Positions 55,893 through 64,000 of a stretch of DNA of 64,000 bases are shown here, one piece after another. Below the pieces are notes generated by a model. That model was not told the origin of the DNA, did not search any database, and saw only the letters and a list, made by a program, of their open reading frames with translations. The stretch is taken from sequence record PZ445430.1; one strand, 5' to 3'. This DNA is from a phage. Each line of letters starts with the position of its first letter. Position 1 is the stretch's first letter. A program made the position numbers and the translations under genes.

Positions 55893-56260
55893 TGGAACGT
55901 GAAGAACGCTATGTTGTAATTAAGCTGAGCGACATTGAAGAAGGTTTAAAACTAGGGCATATCAGCCCTAGTACTGTTACCGCATTAGAGCATATCGTAA
56001 CTACAGTATGGTTTAGTCGAGCACAACGTGGTAAAGAAGATCTCAAAACTGTCGTGGTAGAACAAGATTGGCCGGAATACGAAGAAGTCTGGCGAATGAT
56101 AGAGAATCGTGTAGCCTTTGAACAGGCTCGTCAGGAGCAATTAGATAAAGGCTACGCCGATGCAAAGGAACATCATGAAATTCATGACGAGATATTCAAA
56201 CTTCGTGGTATTAGTAGTTACTGTCAAGGCTGGAATAAATATGCGGAGGAAGTTCTGTAA
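55892..56260 (+). CDS. hypothetical protein
   Basis: 122 aa, coupled to the upstream stop. Confidence 0.5.
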   Translation: MEREERYVVIKLSDIEEGLKLGHISPSTVTALEHIVTTVWFSRAQRGKEDLKTVVVEQDWPEYEEVWRMIENRVAFEQARQEQLDKGYADAKEHHEIHDEIFKLRGISSYCQGWNKYAEEVL

Positions 56261-56466
56261 TGAAGAGATTACTTCTATTATCAGTGCTAATACTAGCTGG
56301 ATGTGATTCCTATGAGAATAATATGAGATTTACTGCAGAAGATACAAAACACTTATGTGATGTAGCGGGAGGTGAGCTAGATTATTCCAGCATTCAAATT
56401 GGACTCACAAAAGGTATATTCTACGATAGCTATACTATTACCTCTACTTGTGTAAGGAATAAATAA
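56260..56466 (+). CDS. small lipoprotein
   Basis: 68 aa; lipobox LILAGC. Confidence 0.45.
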   Translation: MKRLLLLSVLILAGCDSYENNMRFTAEDTKHLCDVAGGELDYSSIQIGLTKGIFYDSYTITSTCVRNK

Positions 56467-56573
56467 TGAAAAAGACACGCCAAGAAATTGATGCCGAAGT
56501 TCTTTTTGGCATTGCAGTTTGTGTGGAGCTAGCTTTACTGCTAGCCTTACCATTTATTCTATAAGGATTAAAC

Positions 56574-57164
56574 ATGAAAGTTAAATTCTGGTCGGAGTTG
56601 CACTTAGACCACCCCGGAATTCTTCGCTTCCGTCCGTGGTTTAAGAATATGAAAGAGCATGACGAATATATTCTGGATACTTTGTCCAAGCACATTGGCA
56701 AGCGTACTAAGCTTGTCCTGCTAGGAGATACTGCTGTTGGCCGAGAGGGTCTGGCAAAATTAAAATCGGTTATCCATAATGTGCCTAACCAGTTAATCAT
56801 GGGCAACCACGATGCTGAACGTCAGGGTATTCGCATTCGTGATCTAGTAGACGTTTATGATGATATTCAGGCTCTAGGTAAGCAAACAGGTGGTGGCAAG
56901 AAGTTCTGGCTGTCCCACTGTCCTTTACACCCAGAGGAACTTCGTGGTAAACTGAACATCCACGGACATGTGCACACCAATTCGGTGCGTGACCCACGTT
57001 ATATCAACGTCTCTTTTGAGATGAGCAAGGCTCCTATTCCTCTAGAGGATATTGTGTCTGGCAAGTTCACAAGCTACGATAAAGTAGTTAACTGCACTAC
57101 AGGTGAAGTACTCCAAATTGGTGAAGATGTGGCAGCAGTATTAAGGGGAGATATCAATGTTTGA
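56574..57164 (+). CDS. calcineurin-like metallophosphoesterase
   Basis: 196 aa; LGDTAVG, GNHD and HGHVH motifs. Confidence 0.6.
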   Translation: MKVKFWSELHLDHPGILRFRPWFKNMKEHDEYILDTLSKHIGKRTKLVLLGDTAVGREGLAKLKSVIHNVPNQLIMGNHDAERQGIRIRDLVDVYDDIQALGKQTGGGKKFWLSHCPLHPEELRGKLNIHGHVHTNSVRDPRYINVSFEMSKAPIPLEDIVSGKFTSYDKVVNCTTGEVLQIGEDVAAVLRGDINV

Positions 57165-57266
57165 TTTTGATGGAATGACTCGTGATATAATTGTAGCAGC
57201 AGCAATAATTATCACTATTTCTTTCCTACTTGGCGTAGGAGTAGGTATTTTATTATAAAAATTCAG

Positions 57267-57295
57267 TTGCTAAAATGCTTAGTTTTCTGTATAAT
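57267..57295 (+). promoter_or_regulatory. sigma70-type promoter
   Basis: TTGCTA, 17 bp, TATAAT. Confidence 0.6.
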
Positions 57296-57325
57296 TACTT
57301 TATAAATTGATGAGAAGGAATCAAA

Positions 57326-57757
57326 ATGCAAAAGATTGATAAAGCACTTTTAATCGCAACAGCAGATAAGTTTGAGCAAGTTAAAGCTACTTTTAAGGCA
57401 GTCTTTCAGTCTTATGTTCAAGACAAATCGAACCCGATTTCTGAGCGTTTGATGATGTGGGAATGTTTTGCTTGCAATGCTCTGCTAATTTCCGATTATA
57501 AAGGAGAAGTATCTGAGGAATTGCATGAGATCTTTATTAATGAGGATACTCCACGCTATCAGTTAGTGAACTTCCAAGATCTAGCTGAGCAAGTTATTCC
57601 TGATGATCTTTGGGACAAGTATTACGGCGATCCTGAAGAAGATGGTATGGAACCTGAGAAGTGCATCGAACTGATCTGTAAAGATCACCCTGAAATTGCT
57701 GAGAAATTTGAGCTAGTATTTGCTTCTGAGTTCTCAGGTTTCGTTAACGATTGGTAA
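57326..57757 (+). CDS. hypothetical protein
   Basis: 143 aa after promoter 57267-57295. Confidence 0.5.
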   Translation: MQKIDKALLIATADKFEQVKATFKAVFQSYVQDKSNPISERLMMWECFACNALLISDYKGEVSEELHEIFINEDTPRYQLVNFQDLAEQVIPDDLWDKYYGDPEEDGMEPEKCIELICKDHPEIAEKFELVFASEFSGFVNDW

Positions 57758-57774
57758 GTAATTAAAAAATTCAG

Positions 57775-57802
57775 TTGCTTTTAGCTTTAAAATTCTGTAT
57801 AA
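57775..57802 (+). promoter_or_regulatory. sigma70-type promoter
   Basis: TTGCTT, 16 bp, TATAAT. Confidence 0.55.
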
Positions 57803-57835
57803 TAAGTTCATAAATTAATGAGAGAGGAAATTCTA

Positions 57836-58087
57836 ATGGAAAACATGACTAAAACTGAAATGGCTAACGTTCTGGCAATTCTCCTCGATATGCAGGGTTT
57901 TGAAGGTCAGCTCATGAAGATGTCTATTCCGGCAATGAAAAAGATGTATGATTCTCTGAACAAAAATGCTATGGCATTCAACCTCGCTAAACAGGAAGCA
58001 CGTTTTGCGAAAGAGCATCAGGCAACTGCGGAACGTCGTGCAGCATCTTTTGAGCGTGAAGTTAAGCAACTGAAAGGTAAGAAATAA
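57836..58087 (+). CDS. small hypothetical protein
   Basis: About 83 aa from the ATG after GAGAGAGGAA; promoter 57775-57802. Confidence 0.45.
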   Translation: MENMTKTEMANVLAILLDMQGFEGQLMKMSIPAMKKMYDSLNKNAMAFNLAKQEARFAKEHQATAERRAASFEREVKQLKGKK

Positions 58088-58494
58088 TGACTAATGGAAA
58101 ATTCTTACTTGTACTATGGCTGAATGCCCTAGTCTCTCTAGCTATCACACTCGGTGTTACCGATTTCATGCTTAACCAGCGTGATAAAGTAGAAGTTAAG
58201 GAAGCCCCAACCCCGCATAAGGATAAATGGGAAGAGGCAAAGAAAGCAGCCATGGAAATGGAGCAGAGACACCGTCAACAAGGTGAATATGCTGATGAAC
58301 AATTCTCCAGATTTACAGGGGTTACAGTAATAGATGTTTTAAGATCTGGTGACACAAATCAAGCAAAAATTATGGTAGAAGAAGGGAAGATTTTTTGCCA
58401 AAATAAAGGTAGTGTCTTATTTAAGATCAAATTTTATGGAAATGTAGAAGAAGTACCGCCATCCATGTGGTGTGCTAATGGAGTATTTAAATGA
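58087..58494 (+). CDS. membrane-anchored hypothetical protein
   Basis: 135 aa; N-terminal TM. Confidence 0.45.
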   Translation: MTNGKFLLVLWLNALVSLAITLGVTDFMLNQRDKVEVKEAPTPHKDKWEEAKKAAMEMEQRHRQQGEYADEQFSRFTGVTVIDVLRSGDTNQAKIMVEEGKIFCQNKGSVLFKIKFYGNVEEVPPSMWCANGVFK

Positions 58495-58772
58495 TTACAG
58501 AAATTTTAATTGGATTGCTGGTTCTCACGACTTTGGCAGCAATTGGCGGAATCATTGGCATTCTTAATGCTAATAAAAATATGGAAGCAATGAAGGCCAC
58601 CAACAATGCACTATGGGAAAAGTATATAGCTGCTGAGAAAGATATTGAGGACACGCAAAGACGTTCAGATCTTCTTAAAGAAAAGCTAAAGAATGTTGAA
58701 GCTCTTGTTGGTAACACTAAACTTCCTATCAAAGTCCTGCGCGCTCAGGTAATCACGGAGATTAAGAAATGA
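58491..58772 (+). CDS. small membrane protein
   Basis: 93 aa; N-terminal TM then coiled coil. Confidence 0.45.
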   Translation: MITEILIGLLVLTTLAAIGGIIGILNANKNMEAMKATNNALWEKYIAAEKDIEDTQRRSDLLKEKLKNVEALVGNTKLPIKVLRAQVITEIKK

Positions 58773-59014
58773 TGTTAATTATCTTAGCTTTTTATTTGGT
58801 TATTGTTGGTGTTTTGGTTACTAAGTATCATACCTGGACTCCGAAGAACGTTGGTAAAGTAGCACTATTTGTTCTGCCAGTTCCTGTTATCATCGTTGCT
58901 ATGTTGTTCACAATGTTGGCTGGTAAAGTGACAAAAACTGACGTTAAACGCATTGTAGACGAACTACAACAATCTTCTGACATGATCGAGGATATCCTGA
59001 AAGATGAAGCTTAA
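58769..59014 (+). CDS. small membrane protein
   Basis: 81 aa; two TM helices. Confidence 0.45.
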   Translation: MMLIILAFYLVIVGVLVTKYHTWTPKNVGKVALFVLPVPVIIVAMLFTMLAGKVTKTDVKRIVDELQQSSDMIEDILKDEA

Positions 59015-59336
59015 TTTTAGTGAATTAACCCTGCTAGATGAGTTTCTAGGTTTTGTTACTGAGCGTGGGTTTATTAACGTAGATCCTCAGACACTAGAAG
59101 TCCTGCGATCTATCCAGAATAAAACTAAAACAGATCTGGAAGACTTATGGCGACCGCTTTCTGAGCTAACTCCTCTTAACATGAAAGTGATTGTTAAAAA
59201 TATTGAAACTGGTGAAGAACGTGAAATGGTTCGTAAAGAACTGGCTAATAGTTATTCTCCAGAGTCCTTAGTGATGCATCATGACGATGAACCAGAAACA
59301 CTTTGGACAGCCCATTACGTTTGGCGTCTACCTTGA
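59004..59336 (+). CDS. hypothetical protein
   Basis: 110 aa. Confidence 0.45.
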   Translation: MKLNFSELTLLDEFLGFVTERGFINVDPQTLEVLRSIQNKTKTDLEDLWRPLSELTPLNMKVIVKNIETGEEREMVRKELANSYSPESLVMHHDDEPETLWTAHYVWRLP

Positions 59337-59436
59337 TTGATTTAACAACTGTTACGGCAATCCTAATCTTCGGTTTAGTGGTTGCCGTTTTCATAATCGT
59401 TGAGCAGGCCAAAGTAATACGGAGACTTAAAAATAG

Positions 59437-59637
59437 ATGATTAATTTTTATAACCCTAATTTGCAGAAAGCAACGTGGGATTACTTTATAATTCTACCCG
59501 CTTTTATGTTAAGTTGTGCAATCATTAACATTATGTATCAAGAAGCGGGCTGGACAGTTCAAGATTTCCACGTTTCACAAGTTCTTCCTTTCATGTATGA
59601 AGGCGTTATCGCAGCAATAAATGGAGTTCGTAAATGA
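59437..59637 (+). CDS. small hypothetical protein
   Basis: 66 aa. Confidence 0.4.
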   Translation: MINFYNPNLQKATWDYFIILPAFMLSCAIINIMYQEAGWTVQDFHVSQVLPFMYEGVIAAINGVRK

Positions 59638-60101
59638 CAGCACTGCAAAGATTACAGAATTACTGGTTTGATGGCCAATTTAATGATTTATTCATCCAGT
59701 TGTTTGTCGAAACGAACGGACGCTTTAACTACCGCTTCTTTAATACTTTCCATGAGACGAAGTTCTCACATACAGAAATTAATGCAGCTATCCAAGATCT
59801 CACCGGTTCTAAGGTAATTCCTTATCGTGATGTAGATTTTGCACCTGACTGTTTTGGTTTTGAATTGTTTAAGAAAGCGTATAAATTCGGTAAGTTCGAA
59901 GATGCACGACATTGGGTTCACGACTTCTGGTATAACACCGATATCGTTCCTAGCCGTGTACTGATCCTCAACTGGATTGCAAAACAACATCCACCTAAAG
60001 CACAATCCTCCTTCTTACCAACAGATACAGGAAACCTTTATTATGACATCAAAGAAAAATCCAGTACTCGAACAGATGAAGCTGTTGGAGAAGCAGATTG
60101 A
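59634..60101 (+). CDS. hypothetical protein
   Basis: 155 aa. Confidence 0.45.
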   Translation: MTALQRLQNYWFDGQFNDLFIQLFVETNGRFNYRFFNTFHETKFSHTEINAAIQDLTGSKVIPYRDVDFAPDCFGFELFKKAYKFGKFEDARHWVHDFWYNTDIVPSRVLILNWIAKQHPPKAQSSFLPTDTGNLYYDIKEKSSTRTDEAVGEAD

Positions 60102-60426
60102 GAAAGGAGAGGTGGACAGTCAAGATATCGTCCAACACGTCTTTGATACTACAGTGGAATGCGCTAATCCGCTGGTGGCAGGAGAAACCTCCGATATACT
60201 AGGGCTGTTAATGGCTGTTGGTCAGCTAATTGAGATTACCCAAGAAGAGCTGGATAATGATGAAGAAGTAACTGTTCATGATGTTCTCGGTGCTCTAGAT
60301 CTGATTGTTAATGCTTATGCTTTTAAACGTCGCCACTCAATTGATGAATATCTAGTTTCTCGTGAGATTACTGAATCTCTTCTAGAAACCGCTGATATGG
60401 CCTTAAACGGCAAGAAACTTCACTAA
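60043..60426 (+). CDS. hypothetical acidic protein
   Basis: About 127 aa from an internal ATG of the listed ORF; start uncertain. Confidence 0.35.
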   Translation: MTSKKNPVLEQMKLLEKQIEKGEVDSQDIVQHVFDTTVECANPLVAGETSDILGLLMAVGQLIEITQEELDNDEEVTVHDVLGALDLIVNAYAFKRRHSIDEYLVSREITESLLETADMALNGKKLH

Positions 60427-60436
60427 GGAAATAATT

Positions 60437-60859
60437 ATGCAATTTAACGTTATATCTGCTTTTCCAGGGTGTGGTAAGACTTACTTTACTAAGTGTTTTC
60501 CACGTGTACTAGACTCAGATTCTTCTAAGTTCCCGAAGGATAACTTTCCAGCGAACTATATTGAGCACATTTCACAAGCTATAGAAGAAGGTAAACTGAT
60601 CTTAGTTTCTAGCCATAAAGAAGTACGGGATGCCCTTCATGCTGCTGGAATAGATTTTATTCTGCTTTATCCAGAACGAGAGCTAAAAGAAGAATATTTA
60701 GCTAGGTATAAAGAAAGAGGAAGTCCTGATAGCTTTATCTCTTTACTTGATAGTAAATGGGATGAATGGATAACCTCCTGTGAATGTGACCCTGCGATCT
60801 CTATTCCTATGGAATCAGGTGAATTTATAACGGATTTAGTGAGCATTGATGCTACCTAA
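60437..60859 (+). CDS. P-loop NTPase-like protein
   Basis: 140 aa; Walker A-like AFPGCGKTYF. Confidence 0.5.
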   Translation: MQFNVISAFPGCGKTYFTKCFPRVLDSDSSKFPKDNFPANYIEHISQAIEEGKLILVSSHKEVRDALHAAGIDFILLYPERELKEEYLARYKERGSPDSFISLLDSKWDEWITSCECDPAISIPMESGEFITDLVSIDAT

Positions 60860-60866
60860 TTTCTAG

Positions 60867-60897
60867 AGGCCAGGACTTAATTGTTCTGGCCTTTCGT
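60867..60897 (+). terminator. putative intrinsic terminator
   Basis: GGCCAG...CTGGCC hairpin then TTTCGTG. Confidence 0.45.
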
Positions 60898-60914
60898 GTA
60901 TCAAGGAAATTCAA

Positions 60915-61118
60915 ATGCAAGTATATGTTCTTACTAGAGATATAAATGAGTACAATCAAGAGGGAATGTACTTCGTAAAGGTATTCGCTGAAAAGCCTAA
61001 TAAACAACAATTATTAGCTGCTGGAGTACCAGAAGATCAGGCTAACTATCTATTACAAGATAAAGAATATACGGAGTATGCTTACGAATGCTTCTATCTT
61101 AACTGTGAGACTATTTAG
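60915..61118 (+). CDS. small hypothetical protein
   Basis: 67 aa. Confidence 0.4.
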   Translation: MQVYVLTRDINEYNQEGMYFVKVFAEKPNKQQLLAAGVPEDQANYLLQDKEYTEYAYECFYLNCETI

Positions 61119-61119
61119 C

Positions 61120-61638
61120 ATGAGAGATAAAATAAACGAATTACTCTATGAGGAAGCACTACAATTCCCTATAAATAGATTCACTAAATCAGATGGATCT
61201 ATTAATAGAACTAAACTCAAACAACTTCATCCAGACTTCCAGCAAGATGCACTTAATCTAATCTTTATTAGAAGAGCTGTTGAAGCACATGGTAAGTTCT
61301 TTGGGTATGAAAGAGTTAAGTATAGAACGATGCAACAGCAAGTTGAGATCTATTGTCCAGATCATGATGGTTACTTCTTGCAAACTGCACGCTCTCACTT
61401 AGAAGGTCATGGTTGCCGACTATGTGCTCATAAAGTTGTGACACGCTTAACAGACTATGGAGTGTACACCGTACCGGCACCTTTCCACAAATTTGTAGTT
61501 GACGGCGAGCACATAATTTGGTATAATAAAGATCAAAAGTTAAAACAGGAGTTAAAGAAAGATGGAGTACGTAGTCTGGTCAAACCCATTAGCTCTACTC
61601 TCCCACAAACTGTTCAAGACGACGTGGGGGAGACATGA
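61120..61638 (+). CDS. hypothetical protein with Cys/His cluster
   Basis: About 172 aa; CPDHDGYF...HGCRLCAH suggests a metal-binding or nuclease-like fold. Confidence 0.4.
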   Translation: MRDKINELLYEEALQFPINRFTKSDGSINRTKLKQLHPDFQQDALNLIFIRRAVEAHGKFFGYERVKYRTMQQQVEIYCPDHDGYFLQTARSHLEGHGCRLCAHKVVTRLTDYGVYTVPAPFHKFVVDGEHIIWYNKDQKLKQELKKDGVRSLVKPISSTLPQTVQDDVGET

Positions 61639-61849
61639 GATAACTGTTAATGAGAGTCCACTTAATCATCAACATCCTTTAGTCCCGACTCTCTACAAGA
61701 TTATTATAAATGATACAGAATATTTACTAGATGATTTTGGTAAAGAGTTTGTACAAAAAGCCATAGACAACAATAACATTTCTATGGGCGAATTAATTAA
61801 TAGAGCATCTAACTTTGATAAGAGTTGGATGTTAATTTGGAGTAACTAA
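61562..61849 (+). CDS. hypothetical protein, start uncertain
   Basis: 95 aa ORF overlapping the upstream gene by 77 nt. Confidence 0.3.
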   Translation: MEYVVWSNPLALLSHKLFKTTWGRHEITVNESPLNHQHPLVPTLYKIIINDTEYLLDDFGKEFVQKAIDNNNISMGELINRASNFDKSWMLIWSN

Positions 61850-62082
61850 TGGAATATGTATTAATTATCTTAGCAATTGCATTAGTATTTGCTATTAACA
61901 CTGCTGTGCATAAGACTCGTGAAGCCAATCAGGTTATTGACGATAACGTGAAGTTGCGTAGCAAAGTTACTAATCTCAAACAACAGCGTGAAGCTCTGAA
62001 GTTATTCGTGGCTCAAGGTAGCCTAGAGCATGCACCGGAAGACTTCATTGTTTATCTTAAACGTTACATGGGAATCAAATAA
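61849..62082 (+). CDS. small membrane protein
   Basis: 77 aa; N-terminal TM. Confidence 0.4.
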   Translation: MEYVLIILAIALVFAINTAVHKTREANQVIDDNVKLRSKVTNLKQQREALKLFVAQGSLEHAPEDFIVYLKRYMGIK

Positions 62083-62267
62083 TGGAAACATTACTTCTTA
62101 TATTACTGGGCGGTTCACTCTTAACTATTCTAGGCTTGATACTGATTTGCAGTCGTCTTAATACTAAGAATCTAGAGTTAAACTGTGAGAACGAGATTCT
62201 TAACAGAGAAATTAAACAACACAATATCGCAGCTCGTAAGCTGTTAGATAAACTGGAGAATAAATAA
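62082..62267 (+). CDS. small membrane protein
   Basis: 61 aa; N-terminal TM. Confidence 0.4.
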   Translation: METLLLILLGGSLLTILGLILICSRLNTKNLELNCENEILNREIKQHNIAARKLLDKLENK

Positions 62268-62878
62268 TGTTTACACAACAAACCATTAAAGTAGTAGCAG
62301 ATCATGAACTCGACACATGGGATTACAGCTTTAAAGATCTGACTGCTACAGTACAGTTTAAATCTATGCAACTGTCGTTTTTGCACACTGATCTTCAAGG
62401 TTGCAAGGAATTTCAGGCTAAGCTTATGAATGCTCGTGCTATCTTTGGCACGGCTCGTATCCCGGCTGATAATCTGATTAATGCACTAATCGATGCTGGA
62501 TACAAACTCGTGAAGACTGAGGTGAATCGCCCTAGTACTCCAGTGACTATTCGGGATCCGTGGCAGTCGGGGCCAATCGCAATGCTGAATAATTCTGATA
62601 AAAGATTAATGTCGGATATGCACAATGTTCCTTGTGGTGGCGTGGTAAGCAATACGCAAGCATATAAGTTTGGGGAAGCATCTAGCGTAGACGAGTGGAA
62701 TAAAGCTGGCGTTGCAATGATGGGCTTTGCAAAAGATCGCGGAGCACAAGAAGACTCCGGAGTTTCTAGGAACTCATATACTATTCGTTTGAGCAATCCT
62801 AGCAAAGAAGGTGAGCTTGAAGAAATGTTAACGAAAGTATTCGAAGCTATTGATGCAGATAAGGCTAGAGGTCGTTAA
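62267..62878 (+). CDS. hypothetical protein
   Basis: 203 aa. Confidence 0.5.
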   Translation: MFTQQTIKVVADHELDTWDYSFKDLTATVQFKSMQLSFLHTDLQGCKEFQAKLMNARAIFGTARIPADNLINALIDAGYKLVKTEVNRPSTPVTIRDPWQSGPIAMLNNSDKRLMSDMHNVPCGGVVSNTQAYKFGEASSVDEWNKAGVAMMGFAKDRGAQEDSGVSRNSYTIRLSNPSKEGELEEMLTKVFEAIDADKARGR

Positions 62879-63186
62879 TGGATATAATTACTCAGTTTAC
62901 TGTAGGCCGCTGTAAGGTGGCCACACTCAATAAACATACAGTCGGAGTTAGTACATTATCTGAAAACGAATATGAACAAAAAGAAGATATGCAGTATATT
63001 CTCTTCATTGGTTCAGATGATATGAAGTTACTTAAAGACCTAGTATTTAAGTTACCTCCAAATATAAAAATAACACCTAGAAATATATCTCACTTATCTG
63101 AGCAGCTAGGGTTTACGTGGATTAAGTTAGATCCTTCAGTGAAATCAGTAACAAAAACTAAACCAAAACCGGATGATTATATATGA
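62878..63186 (+). CDS. hypothetical protein
   Basis: 102 aa. Confidence 0.45.
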   Translation: MDIITQFTVGRCKVATLNKHTVGVSTLSENEYEQKEDMQYILFIGSDDMKLLKDLVFKLPPNIKITPRNISHLSEQLGFTWIKLDPSVKSVTKTKPKPDDYI

Positions 63187-63908
63187 GTATAAAAAAGAAT
63201 TTAGCAGAGATTATTAAGTTAGCTAGAGCTTGTAATGGAAAGAATGTTTCCGAACTTAATGAGTTAGAAGCTCATGCAGTAGCATTTTGTGCAGAGTTTT
63301 ATCCAGCATATATTAATGCTAGTGGGCAACCTAAATATAATAAAGATGCAGAAGAAGTTACTCTAGCACCTTCTTATATTAGTTTACGTCGTCTGATTCA
63401 AACTGTTGATCCTACTATTAAAGGATTTTCAGCAGATTCATTCCACGTCTTTGCAGATAAAGAACTCCCGCATTTTAAAGAAGGAAATGCAAAGTCATGT
63501 TTAGAATGTTATCCTAATATTCTGATGATTCCTCAAAAGCAATGTAAATACGATCATCTCCCTAGACTTACAAAGAAAGTAGAACCACCATATTCTTCTC
63601 TATCTGAATTAAAGCTAGGAATCGTATCTACACTTGCGCAGGTTCATCTAAGTATAGTTGACGAATCAACATCATCTAACCATATTCTAGATGCTGCTCA
63701 CTTTGAAATCTTACGTGATCCTGAACAAGCTAGAAAAGTTGCAAGATCTGTTAAGTTTGATATCGAAACAATTCTTGACACTAAACAAGAAACTAGATCT
63801 AGGGGAAGTGTAGATTATTCTGCGCTAAATTCCGAGTCATCTTACCTAGCAACATTCCTTTTCATGGCATCGAAGGGAGTCATACTCAAAGTCAATCACG
63901 ATCTATAA
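63183..63908 (+). CDS. hypothetical protein
   Basis: 241 aa. Confidence 0.5.
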   Translation: MSIKKNLAEIIKLARACNGKNVSELNELEAHAVAFCAEFYPAYINASGQPKYNKDAEEVTLAPSYISLRRLIQTVDPTIKGFSADSFHVFADKELPHFKEGNAKSCLECYPNILMIPQKQCKYDHLPRLTKKVEPPYSSLSELKLGIVSTLAQVHLSIVDESTSSNHILDAAHFEILRDPEQARKVARSVKFDIETILDTKQETRSRGSVDYSALNSESSYLATFLFMASKGVILKVNHDL

Positions 63909-63925
63909 ACGTTAGCAAAATCTTC

Positions 63926-63954
63926 TTGACATTATTTGAGCTGCATGTTATAAT
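63926..63954 (+). promoter_or_regulatory. consensus sigma70 promoter at the window end
   Basis: TTGACA, 17 bp, TATAAT. Confidence 0.6.
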
Positions 63955-64000
63955 AATCTCATAGATTAAAAACATCAACTTGTTTTTACCTCTAGGCCGT

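Noticed and set aside
19300-57810. Repeated 45 bp units that could be mistaken for a repeat array or CRISPR
   Set aside because: They are individually spaced promoters with -35/-10 structure, separated by genes of variable length rather than short uniform spacers

Overview
This window reads as the early/replication region of a T5-like (Demerecviridae) lytic phage; no database search was possible, so every call rests on motifs read directly from the sequence. Positions 1-19091 are almost entirely minus-strand: a family A DNA polymerase (truncated at the window edge), primase, DnaB-like helicase, a split NAD-dependent DNA ligase, an HNH endonuclease, a large P-loop replication ATPase, a SIR2-family protein and the anaerobic ribonucleotide reductase NrdD. 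From 19.4 kb onward genes are plus-strand: phoH, nrdA, nrdB, a DHFR-like gene, thyA, RNase H, then a roughly 13 kb cluster of about 30 tRNA genes interspersed with small ORFs, a nadR-pnuC NAD salvage pair and a GrcA homolog, followed by dNMP kinase, a putative holin-endolysin pair, thioredoxin and two phosphoesterases. More than 30 near-identical sigma70-type promoters (-35 TTGCTT, 17 bp spacer, -10 TATAAT) head most transcription units. The most interesting unexplained signal is an ORF-free, promoter-driven, hairpin-rich stretch of about 850 nt (32420-33272) directly upstream of tRNA-Arg, a candidate large structured non-coding RNA. tRNA anticodons were decoded by hand and coordinates may be off by a few bases; an NAD-centred gene set and several irregular tRNA-like elements are also flagged.
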